From Mytilus edulis (lineage: Eukaryota), in the NCBI RefSeq assembly GCF_963676685.1, contig NC_092352.1, positions 42,904,001 through 42,968,000 of the forward strand: a DNA stretch of 64,000 nt. The letters run 5' to 3'. The notes under the pieces are model-generated. The model was not told where the DNA came from, searched no databases, and saw only the letters and a program-made list of their open reading frames with translations. Made by a program: the position numbers and the translations under genes. This document shows positions 38,101 through 50,497 of this stretch, in pieces (the first letter of the stretch is position 1; every line of letters starts with the position of its first letter).

Positions 38101-39226
38101 ATAAACGCGTATTTCCCGCTTTACGTAACACTACAAGAAACTTTCCTAGGAGCCGTGGATTGCGAAATATCGTCTGTATATTTCCAAAATATTTACGTAA
38201 ATTGATGGCGTCGTGTGTTAAAACTTTTATTGGCCAATCAAATCGGTATATATTATTTAATATTCACGGTTGGGAACCCCTTTAACCCGAACTCCTGCGT
38301 TGTAAAAATTACATGCTTTGCATATTCTTTAGCTTTTATATATTTAGTAGTCAACCCTTTTTGTTGGTTGGTTGTAGCATAATATTCTCATGCACCGACT
38401 TTTAAAACTCTACTTGTGGATACTCTTATAGTATTAAGCATTTTATCCCATTAATAGGCGCTTGAATACCAGATATTTATTTGGAATAACCCAAGATATA
38501 TGAGGTTGTGAATGAGGTTTACAGATAAAGAGAATAATGCCCCTCCCCCCCCTCCCCCCCCCCCCCCAAAAAAAAAGAGAAAAAAGAGAGAGAATATAAA
38601 GTAAAGTTGACAAAATACAATGTAACTAAACTCTGCGTTTGCTGCATACCAAATTAAATATTGATATACGTATATCATGTGGAATGAAATGTTGAACTGG
38701 TCCTTATCAAAACTGGTTCAATGATTTTAGCCATGCAAATTATGTTCATTAATAAGCATCGGTCCACTATTGCAGACTTAGTTAACCTTAGTACATCCTT
38801 CTCCTATATTGTGTCAATAATAATTACAACAAGTTATATATATAGCACGCCTTTTACGAATTAACTTATTTAATTCACGAAAAGCGTAGCTTTGAGTTGA
38901 TTAAATATATTAATGAGTAAGGCGTGTCTATATATGATTTGTAACATTAATTGGCTACAGGGTTAGGGTTTAACCTTTAACACATGTTAAAGGTTAAACC
39001 CTAACCAATAAAACATTTCTGCACTTTTAGATACGTCAATCAAATAGTGGCTTGATACTATAACTGATTTCAGAAAATTAGTGTCAGTTGGATTTGTTTG
39101 TACGATACTAAAAGGTACGTTTAAAATTCAAAGAATTGTTGCCGTTTGATTCATACTCGATAGTCATTTATTTTTCTTCCCAAAAATTCTTGAAAAAGGG
39201 TGTGTGGTTGGGACAAAAAAAAAGGA

Positions 39227-39257
<31 letters not shown>

Positions 39258-40743
39258 CAAAAATTTATTCTATGATTGTTTGCAATCAAAACATAAAAAA
39301 AGACTTGTAGTTTCAAAGGACGTTGTGATAAAAAGGAAACATACTCCCTAATACCAATTATAAAGGTAAATCAAACTGTTCTTTCGTTCGCCAAAACTAG
39401 GGAAGATCGGTTAATTGATTGCGTGTCGAATTCATGTAAGGTCCAGGGACAAATGTTTGAAGCTTGTCCAATACACGAAAATAGAACTTTATGTGGGGGC
39501 CCGGGGGGGGGTATGTTTCCTATTCTTATAAAAAGATATTCTCATCCCAGATTTTATGAACAGTTTTTTTTATTCTGGTCAAGCAGATGACAAAAAATAA
39601 ATTCTGAATCCAGATTTTCCCCATACCTAAAAAATTTGAAAGCGTTGAAAAACTAAATAAGATTGATCGCGCTTTTTGCGAAAACAAATTTCCGACTGAG
39701 ACAAAAAAAACATAGCCCCCATGAAGTTCAAATGGTTGCTCCCTAATTACTACCCCAAGGAGGTGGAGCTAGACCGTGCATTAACAACTTTTGAGATGGT
39801 AGTTAATGCACTGGTTTAAGCTCCTCCCATTCTTTGCTTTTCAAACGAGAAGTTCTCTACGGCGGGATTGGGAGTGAAATAACTAAAAACTCATTCAGTT
39901 AACGCACTCTGCTAAAAATAACCAAGTTAACTCACCAGGAGATCAAAGGAAAATTTACCATTCATGTTACAATGAAATTTCGTGAAAGAGTTCTCGATTT
40001 TTGGAACGAAGCATGCACAAAAAACAGAAACAGTTGAAGAGCTATCAGACCAAACAGAACCGAATAAATAGCCAAATCATGCAGACGAAGATCAACTTTG
40101 TCTAATGGAGTTGAAACCTTAGTTTCTTTATAATTTCAAAATTTATGGATAAAATGGAGTCGCAGAATACAAACGTCTCTTTCGCCGGAATGATTCCTAC
40201 GTCCTCAGTTTCATATTTGAGAGATCCATAATACATTCCAATTTAAAAAAAAAACACAAAAAAAACAATATATTTTATATATAGATATGGAAGACGAATG
40301 CTCGGAGACGGATGACATTGTTTTTGATTTTTTGGGGGGTTGGGGAAAACCTATTTTTCTCTCACTACGAATTAAAGTTAAAAAAACAATTAAATCCTTC
40401 AAAACGATTATATTGATAAGCATTTTTTTTCTATATTGGGCTATCAATAATAAATCTAACCTGTTCTGGTGATAATTTTTTTACTTTGTCAGATTCCAGA
40501 TAACTCTTTATGTCGGATAACTAATAATGCTGTATATGTTATAAAACTTTATGCTCAGCGCTAGCTTCTCATTACTATTTTCTCAAATATTACAAGCTAG
40601 ATAAGATCAAATATAACTAATTTCATCTAATCTACTGCTTAAATAATTTTTATTGTTATCCCATATATCAAAATTATTACAAATAAGCTAAGTTACAATA
40701 TTTATATTTTTCTGTGTTTCGTTTCAATCAGAAATTTAACAAA

Positions 40744-42027
40744 ATTGATAATGCTGAAAAGATAAGAATGGCTAAAAGAATTACAGAACAAAGAAATGCA
40801 ATCACCCCCCCCCCCCCCCCCCCCCCGACCCCTCGTTGCCCCTAAACTAAACCCTCACTGTGTCGGATAGTTTCGTTGAATATATTTGACTGTATTTGCC
40901 TCCAAAAAGAATATTGGTACAAAGTGTTGTTAATATAATTTTAAATTACTGACGAGGTGAACACAAAGAAAAATATTGCTTGACTCACGGTAAAGTTTGC
41001 TATGTATTCTAACCAAATAAAAATCGTAAAAAAAATCATTTGTGTTTAACCCATTCAATAATGAAAAAGAACCTCCCTAAAAATATGGCCAAATAAACAA
41101 TTAAACTTCGGACATTTCTGCATCTTATGGTATCTATTTTATAAAAATCACTCATAGACTTACTTGGTAATATTTTTTTGAAAAGTACCGATTTTAGTTG
41201 AAATGATCGGACATTTTTTGAGGGGGAACTCACTTTTGTCCAATGACTGTAAGCGTCATATATCTTGAATTAATATTGAAAACGGACTAAAATTCTTTAG
41301 TTGTAGTAAATATCGATATAAAAATATCTCCAAAANNNNNNNNNNNNNNNNNNNNNNNNNNNNNNNNNNNNNNNNNNNNNNNNNNNNNNNNNNNNNNNNN
41401 NNNNNNNNNNNNNNNNNNNNNNNNNNNNNNNNNNNATTGATAATGCTGAAAAGATAAGAATGGCTAAAAGAATTACAGAACAAAGAAATGCAATCACCCC
41501 CCCCCCCCCCCCCCCCCCGACCCCTCGTTGCCCCTAAACTAAACCCTCACTGTGTCGGATAGTTTCGTTGAATATATTTGACTGTATTTGCCTCCAAAAA
41601 GAATATTGGTACAAAGTGTTGTTAATATAATTTTAAATTACTGACGAGGTGAACACAAAGAAAAATATTGCTTGACTCACGGTAAAGTTTGCTATGTATT
41701 CTAACCAAATAAAAATCGTAAAAAAAATCATTTGTGTTTAACCCATTCAATAATGAAAAAGAACCTCCCTAAAAATATGGCCAAATAAACAATTAAACTT
41801 CGGACATTTCTGCATCTTATGGTATCTATTTTATAAAAATCACTCATAGACTTACTTGGTAATATTTTTTTGAAAAGTACCGATTTTAGTTGAAATGATC
41901 GGACATTTTTTGAGGGGGAACTCACTTTTGTCCAATGACTGTAAGCGTCATATATCTTGAATTAATATTGAAAACGGACTAAAATTCTTTAGTTGTAGTA
42001 AATATCGATATAAAAATATCTCCAAAA
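40744..42027. other. Scaffold gap (100 N, 41336-41435) with an artefactual 592-bp duplication of its flanks
   Basis: 40744-41335 is essentially identical to 41436-42027; the gap is a round 100 N. Confidence 0.9.
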
Positions 42028-43464
42028 TTCACCATCCATAATAATTATTTTTAAAATGTTTATTTGGCATGCCATACTCGATAAAAGTGCGGACGTGAAA
42101 GAAAGCACTCTTCTCGGTTTACGATACACTTACGATGATACACACGACGTAACTTGCGATCAACTTAGTAGTTCTTTACGATGCCTTTGTGAAACACACG
42201 TAACGGGAACGTAGAACCACACGTAAACCGATCGTAAACTGATACGATCATCGTAAGTTAAGAAGGCTTTGTGAAACGGTGGCCTGGTTATCCCCAATAC
42301 TAGCGATAACAATGAAAATTCAAAAAATATCCAAATATACCAATATTATACATCATTTAAACGGGAATTTCAAGAGAAATACAATGCAAAAAGAATTTAA
42401 TAATAAAAAAGTTATACTCAAAAACGTTTTTCAGAATTTAAAGTGTTTTCTGTCGGCTATGACGGAATCCATCAACATGGAGTATGACATAGTTTTGACA
42501 GGATAATTCATCCCAAAGGTCCTTCTGGTTGGTTGCTTTGATAGAATATCTCATTACTATCACTCATAGTACTGAATTAACAATATCTCACAGTTTTAAA
42601 TAAAGGCAACAGTAGTATACCGCTGTTCAAAACTCATAAATCCATGGACAAAAAACAAAATCGGGGTAACAAACTAAAACCGAGGGAAACGCATTAAATA
42701 TAAGAGGAGAACAACGACATAACACCGAAACGTAACACACACAGAAACGGACCAAGTATCAGACAAAACACCACAAGAATAACAAAAGATCGAAAGTGAA
42801 AAAAGTACAAAGTTGTACAGCACTGAAGATCAAAAGTTGAAAAGGTTTCGCCAAATACGACATTGTGTTTATGCCCGGGATAAGAACATTCTTATTATAT
42901 AGAACAATTCATGCTATTGCAAACAGTAAATTTTATCAAATGAATATGAAAATTAAATGATGATTTCAATGTCTCCCCTGCGATAGTCCTCTATAAGTCG
43001 GTATGTATAAATGGCATGGTCTCCTTCAAACTTGACATTAAACCATTGTGAATAAGCTGGCACCTGAAAAGGACAATTCAACATTAAACAAGGCTTAACT
43101 TTCAATTTCTCAAATAGTGAATAAAAGTAAATAGAGTCCAATATAATCTGGGAAATATTTTCAAAACAATTTATGATGCAGAAATTTAGTCCCCCCCCCC
43201 CCCTTTTTTTTTTCATTCATACATTAATTTTTTATTTTTTTTAAATATCGACTTTCCTGACATAAACTCCATATCTGTTATCTTTTCATTCATATTATAA
43301 ACTGGTTAATCAATTATTGGAAAATTTATGTCACATTGCCTATATTTGTCTTGATTATCAAAGTTTGAGTACCGGTATTCCATAAACTGCCCTATTAATT
43401 TTTAAATATATTTATCGTGACTAAAATTTTGTAAGTAAAATTCAATTAAGATTCAATAACTGTT

Positions 43465-43835
43465 CTTATGTTGTACTGTGATACCACTGTCCCAGGTTAG
43501 GGGGAGGGTTGGGATCCCGCTAACATGTTTAACCCCGCCACATTATTTATGTATGTGCCTGTCCCAAGTCAGGAGCCTGTAATTCAGTCGTTGTCGATTG
43601 TTTATGTGTTACATATTTGTTTTTCGTTCATTTTTTTACATAAATAAGGCCGTTAGTTTTCTCGCTTGAATTGTTTTACATTGTCTTATCGGGGCCTTTT
43701 ATAGCTGACTATATGCGGTATGGGCTTTGCTTATTGTTGAAGGCCGTACGGTGACCTATAATTGTTAATGTTTGTGTCATTTTGGTGTTTTGTGGATAGT
43801 TGTCTCATTAACAATCAAACCACATCTTCTTTTTT
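43465..43835 (-). repeat. Dispersed repeat family A copy inside the last transposase intron
   Basis: Reverse complement of 4862-5250. Confidence 0.85.
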
Positions 43836-46800
43836 AAATGGTATAGTAATTGTGTGTACCGTTGATATTACATGTCCTGTCCATGAAGTCTTCACCGACC
43901 CATCTGTCCCTTCAAAATACATCTTAATTGCCTTTCCCACTAAGATGGGAACATCCCCCTCCTCTTGATTGTCCACAGTACTGGAAGTTATTGTAAAAGC
44001 ATGCTCTACTAGTTTTTTGACATTACAAGTTAGCTCTTCTACTATAAGATTTACACGTCGTTTACATGTACCTATCACCTTTGTAAAATTAAACACATCT
44101 TTTTCCTTGGGTTTTTGCATAAGAACATGTCTTCTTAAATTCAGTTGGGCTTTTAACGCTTCTATTTTATCCTTGTTGCCTTTGCTGATTGTCCCAATAT
44201 TTAAATCTACTTGTGCATCTGTTTGCCACAATCCCTAATCTCAGATTGCACTGGTAAACCCTTCTAACTTTTTAATTCTTGCTCTTTCTGTTTCCTCTCC
44301 TTTCTTCATTTTCTCTTCCAAATTTGCTCTCCGACACCTTTCTATCTCAAGAAGACGGTTCTTAAACTTTTGACGTGTTGACTTGACATCTTTTCTTGCT
44401 TTACTTAACAACAATGACTTTTCTTGATCATTTTTGCCATTAAGCCAATCATCAGTTTTATTGTGAACAAACATAATATATGCTTCGCTTGCGATTAAGG
44501 ATATATTGGGTTTCTCTTTAAGGATTCTGTCCAAGTGACCAAAAATGGTTTCAGAAAATTTATTATGTTTTGAAGCACTTGATAAATTTTCCCGTAATTC
44601 CTGATTGTTCATCTCAATTTCCCATTTCCTCCAGTAAGATAGTCTGAAAATAATCGTTTTAACAGATTGCATATACCAGGCAAAATCACTCGTAAAATCA
44701 CGCTAACTGTATCATCATAATCAGATGGATCAATCAAAGAAGTGAAGATACTGTCTTTGGCCAAACTCTCCCTATTACAAAAAGACAACAAAGTTATTCA
44801 AGACATAAAATTTTCAATGTCATCAATTGATGATTCTATATACTCGATTATTTCTTTGTAGTAAACGGAAATATCAAGAATGTGAATTGTTTTGTCTTCA
44901 ATTACCTGCCATAAGGGAACTGTGATGAGATACGCAATCAAACCAAGGGCCTTGCATCCTGCTACAAACACATTATTATTGACATCAAACTTCACCGATT
45001 TCAGCAATCTATTACTGTCATTTGACTGTAAAAATTCTTTAATTTTGGAACTGAGAAAGTACACACCAGCTGCATTAGTGAATAAAATATTAAAGCGGTT
45101 GCCCCTAAATCGGTCGATTGGGATGCTATGTATACCATTTTCCTTTAAAAATGGTTTGACAAAAACAATAAATTGACCGTAAACTCCATTTTTTTCATAT
45201 CCTCCACAGCTAAAAGCTTTCGATACAGTTCTTATGAGTCGAAGACATCCAGGTTCACTTGCTTTCTTAAATGTCGCATCATAAATTGGTGGACTATTTT
45301 CAAATAATCCTCCGTCTGCTTCCAGAAGACATGCTGTTGAAGTCTCTGCCGCATGAACAAGAACATGTAAACTGCAAAAGAAATTGTTAAGTTTGGTAAC
45401 TGATGATTTTTCATTGTCACTCATCTGACCCCATGATTCACCTAACTGATCTTGTAATATTTCAGCCCTATACTCTTCCAATAATTCATTGAATTTAATT
45501 TGAGTTGATGCCCTGTCTGACATAGTAGAAACAATTTTTAGCAATACTTTTTTGCCAGCTTCATGGTCACAAACTTCACTTACTTCACTTATGTCTTGAA
45601 GAATTTCTTGGAATGTTTTTAGAGTGTCCTTTGCCCCTTTGGTCAAGATGTTTCTTAAACCTAATACCCATAATCTCCCTTCATTGTCAGACACATGATA
45701 ACCTTCAAATTTTGTTCCATATTTTGATGTCTCGTCGCTAAGTAAACAAGTAGAATTTTTTTGACTTAATTCTTCAGCTAACTGTGTTTGGGCGAGAATA
45801 AGTCTCTGAACATTCATATTGTTAACAGTAGAGACAGATGGCAACTTATTTGGCCTCATACCAACAAGCTTCAACACTGTAGTAATAACCGGACCAACAC
45901 GACTAGTAGTCACATTGTTATTTAACAACTGGTAAACACATTCTTGTGCTTCTTTTGTGTATTTTCTGGATTGTTCATCATACAATTTGATCGGTTTGCC
46001 TATATCATCAGATATTAAAAGTCTTAAATATTCATTGTCCTCTCTTTCATCTTTGAACTTTTCCCTAAGAGAAGATAATTCATTTTGTAAACTAGCCATC
46101 TGAGCTATTAATTCATTATTCTGAATCTTCAGATTATCTAACTTGGCAATGCTTTTATCACTTACTTTTTGGAGATATACATTTTGTGACCTTATACGTT
46201 TCAACACAGTTCTTTGGCTTGTTATTCTATTATTTAAATTAAAAACAGTTTTCTGAAGGGAACAAAGCTCTGTCCTTTTCAATTTCAGTTTATATTTTGT
46301 AGTGCATCTTTTCTTTAATGACAAATTTAACACATTATTTTCAATTTTCAACTTTTCTTCCTTTTTTAAAGAATCATTTAGATATTTGCCTAAATCAAGA
46401 ACAACATTCACAGCACATCGTTTCTCTTCATCAAGGATATCAAGGCATTTATCGTATTTCCTTTTTTGTGTGACTTGTACATGTCCACTTTTAAAATTTG
46501 GACAAGTGTATTCGGTAGACAAAAAGCTATCATTTTTTTGGGGAAAATCTGGTCTTGACTTAGATTTATTTAAAAGTTTTTTTTTTTTTTCAAAATCGCA
46601 TTTACTGAATTTAAAATTGAAGATCTCGCCGAACTTTTATCTGAAATTATTGAAGTTAGCCACTGAACACATGACGATTTCCCTTCAGTATTGACATGGT
46701 AGATTATATCCTGTATTGTAGTGACATGTGACATTGTTTTATATGGGAATATTTATACATAGGTAACTAGAGTTTGAACACATTTGCTATTTTGATTTTC

Positions 46801-47924
46801 TTCTTTATCTAAATTGCAAAGGCATTTGGAATCTGTTGACCTGCACACCTTTATTAGGTCTATAATTTCCGGAATTAATAGTTTGAGTTAATATATCTTG
46901 GGGAAAACCTTCTCCAAGTGAATCACATGCTAATGTTGCTTCTTGTATAAAAGAAGTGTTTTCCACTAGTTCTTCAGTATAAATTTTCTCATAATATACG
47001 TTGTCTTCAGAAAAATGGTGTGATAGAATTGTTTGAGTGCTATTAGTGTGATGAATGTTAGTATGGCTTTGATCAGACAAATTTCTATTGCTGGATATAC
47101 TATGAAGCTGTAAATAAAACCAAACCACCATATAGTACAACTACATAGGGCCATCCTTAATAAAAAGTTTAGTTTGCTGTCTATCGACTTTTAGTTTTGG
47201 ATGTGGGTAGGTAGACAAGAGAACTATTTTTCTGAGAGATGTTAAAGTGTCTTAAGCTCAAAAGGAAATGTACTGAAAAAAAGAAACGGTTTTTTTTTAT
47301 TAGGTAGGTCTGAATAAGTCGATTGAGAGCAAACATTTAACATTTTTCTAAGGTTGGCCAAGAGTATATATGAGGGGGAAAGGGGGTTCCTGAGTCATGA
47401 AAATAGGTTTTTTATCATGTCTAGCTGAAAAGTATTAGGAATTTTCTCACTTGCGCCATATTTTTTTTAAATGATCATGATAACGTTAAATAATGTTTAA
47501 ATCATATAAAAGGGAAAATTTCGACAAATCATGATTCATAAGACTTATTGTATCACAGTTCACCGTAAATAAAAGCATTAAACAACAATTCACAAGAAAT
47601 AAAAAAAGAACCAGCCAATCATGTGTCAAGAAAAAAACCTTTCCTCCTTCATATATGTGCAAGCAAAGGTTTAGAGATAAAGCAATCATATTTCAAATTT
47701 CAATAGCAATAGATGTACTGTAAATTCAGAAATTATGGCGATGTTCTTGTTATTGCAAGAAAAGTGACAAGGTTATAATCGCAATTGTTTATACTGGCAT
47801 TTTGACATTTATTATATAAATTGAACAAAAATTTAAATCGCATAATAGTCAAAAATGACAAAATCGCAGTAATAAATGCACTCAATCATTTCTGATTTTA
47901 CAGTACATAGAAGGTAGTGAATAA

Positions 47925-48152
47925 CAGACTATAATTAGCATGATTAGTGAATATTGAATATGAATGTGCAGACTAATTAGCATGATTAGTGAATTTGAAT
48001 ATCATGAATGTGCAGACTATAATTAGCATGATTAGTGAATATTTAATATGAATGTGCAGACTATAATTAGCATGATTATTGAATATTAAATATGAATGTG
48101 CAGACTATAATAAGCATGATTAGTGAATATTAAATATAAATGTGCAGACTAA
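47925..48152. repeat. Minisatellite, ~44-bp unit x5, in transposase intron 2
   Basis: CAGACTATAATTAGCATGATTAGTGAATATTRAATATGAATGTG repeated. Confidence 0.95.
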
Positions 48153-50059
48153 AATTAAACCCCAAAAAAGTATGCCTGTTTAATGCTGTACTCCTACCAT
48201 CCCTAATTTTTACCCCCTACCCTGAACTTTTTCATTTAGCACTGTTAAAGTCACAAAATTGTTCCCATAGACTAAAGTAGAATAATAAAAATTTTAAAAA
48301 CCAAAACCTTTCGTACCCTTTCTTTTCAGCAAGGTACAGTAAACACACATACTTTTTTTATTTATTAATAAATCTCCTCAATATATATATTTTGAACTTT
48401 CATTTGAACGTGTCCTACTTTTGCATAATTATGCAATTAATGATTTTTCTTAATTATAGATGTATCCCATGTTGCTTCGGTATTCGTTTGCTGTTGTTCT
48501 CAATAAAAAGTTAGCTTCATGTACATGAAAATAACATGAAATAATTTGTATGTTAAAGCATAAATGTGAGCTTAATTTGCTCTTTTACATGGATCAGTTT
48601 TTTATGGAATATTTTGTTTAAATATTCTATTAAATGGTCAGTTTTAACTTTTGAAATTGAAATTATCAGCTTCTTACATTAGGTGAACTTTTACTGGAAC
48701 CACTGGCACTGTTTACAGGAGCAGGCAAGCGTTTAACTTTACAGGTACCACTAAAAATGGAATCTAGTAGTACTGTCAGATTGATGTGAAACTGGCTTGT
48801 ATCAGTACAACTTGTCATACTTAAGCTGATGGCCGAGTATATATATACCAATTCAATCGCACACTGATAATTAGTTTTAAACATATTTATTTATAGTGGA
48901 TTGGGAAACAAGTTATAGCAACCTATATTAATCCCGTTCCACTTAGCGGCATTAACCTGCTCTTTTTCAAAATCTACAAGGGTGTCTTTTTACGTGCAAG
49001 AGATAGGGCTCTCTCTTAACACGGGTAATTATGTGAAGCAAATTTCTGAAATCTCATACTAAAATTGTAGTGAAGACAGACGGATGGACAAGGCACCCCT
49101 TAATAAAAATAAGTAAAACATTTCAAGAAGATACATATAAATTATGTTAGTCTATCTAATACCTTATTTTTTGCTATGCGATTTTTTCAGAGGTTTTATG
49201 ACTTGGTGAACACGAAACATATATAAAAAATATGTAAATCGTAAATTTCAAATTGTTATTAGTACACCTATGTTCTGTCAAACCTCTACGATGTATTTTT
49301 ATTACTTTTACAAATGAATTAAAATTTGACCTATTTACCTTGGCCAGATAGCGACACCAAATATGGCGGATCTATTGTCATCGCTACCAATAACTTGAAA
49401 TAGTTTTCCTCTCCATGACATTTTAGCACCAGAAAGAACAGAAAAAATGAAAGATAAACATTGTGTCTCTCATGCATTATGTTGGTATGGTCAATTTTCA
49501 ATTACATGTTTATTCAAGTGATTAAAACTGAAACAGTTAAATAAATATCTTTAATAAAGGTAGATTATACACTGAGTCTAAAGTCCTGCAAAAATGTTTA
49601 GTCTCGATTGTATCTAATATCCGATACGGTGACGGACCACCAACAAACAAATAAAATGTTAGATAAATCTGTTTATGTATTTGATTTGCTAAATATATGT
49701 GTATTACATTGAAGAAGATAAATAGATATTACTACTTTCAAAAGTAAGATGTATTTTTTTTTTACAATCGTTGTTGATTAAAAGAGAAATAGGTGAAAAT
49801 GCACATAGAAATTATGACTATAATTAATTAACCTCTTAGTTACCTCGAATTTGTTTAATTCTACATAAAATTAGGCACATTATACGGAAAAAATGAATAT
49901 GCAGGATTCGCCACTTCGAGGACCTCAATTGTTGTATTTCTATGCATGGAAAAAGGGTCATGTCAATGAAGAAAAAGTAAAATAACAGAAATACGGAACT
50001 CAAAAGAAAGTTCAAATTCATCCGTCGTGATGCTTTTGTTAATACAAATATAGTAACAG

Positions 50060-50497
50060 GTAGGTCTCATTCGTGAAAAAGGAACATGATTGTAGTAACG
50101 GTATCATCTGTGAAATGGATATTCAACAACGCTCAACAAGCTTGTGATGGCGCCAGTAAAATTCACGAATAGATTAGTACACCTACACCATTTGAAACTC
50201 TTGGTTAAATAGCTTCTTCGTGAGCAGCAACCCTCTATCAAGGAAATCATGTTAGGAAATATAAACCCGGGAATATCGTATCAATTTGTATGCAGGAGCT
50301 GCTGGAATGTTTCAACATAGAAATGAAAGTTCACAATTGATAATCTGAAATCTTCTCTTTTGTCATAAATTTTTGATTTCAACTGACTCTGATTGTCAAT
50401 TTCTTGATGTAAGTCAAGATATGAGGCAGACGTAACTTGTCTATTATCTCAAGTTCGATGGGATAAATGCTTCAACACAGTCACCAAATTTGGAATG
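50060..50497 (-). mobile_element. Penelope-like retroelement reverse transcriptase C-terminal fragment (decayed)
   Basis: Translates, with frameshifts, to IYPIELEI..SASYLDLHQEIDNQSQLKSKIYDKREDFRLSIVNF..IPAAPAY..IRYSR, the YLDL..YDKRDDF..VNFP region typical of PLE RTs. Confidence 0.75.

Larger units (their letters stand above)
42953..49421 (-). mobile_element. Decayed hAT-superfamily-like DDE transposase gene with a C-terminal Spindlin-type Tudor domain; exons 49421-49339, 48750-48678, 47107-43860, 43063-42953
   Basis: Motifs LLSDETS (D1), TMSDRAS (D2), FFCSLH (CxxH), GNRFNILF (counterpart of hAT RW), FSETIFGHLD (E); phase-compatible GT/AG introns; in-frame stops at 44798-44800 and about 44235-44243; frameshifts near 44615, 46580 and 46760-46870. 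Confidence 0.8.

Noticed and set aside
41910-41943. Tc1/mariner-like terminus (..TTTTGTCCAATGACTG|TA)
   Set aside because: Partner TIR not found in the window, so the element cannot be delimited.
40744-42027. 592-bp tandem duplication and twin 65-aa ORFs
   Set aside because: Identical copies on either side of a 100-N gap indicate an unmerged contig overlap.
47925-48152. CRISPR-like array
   Set aside because: Contiguous tandem units without unique spacers, in a eukaryotic intron.
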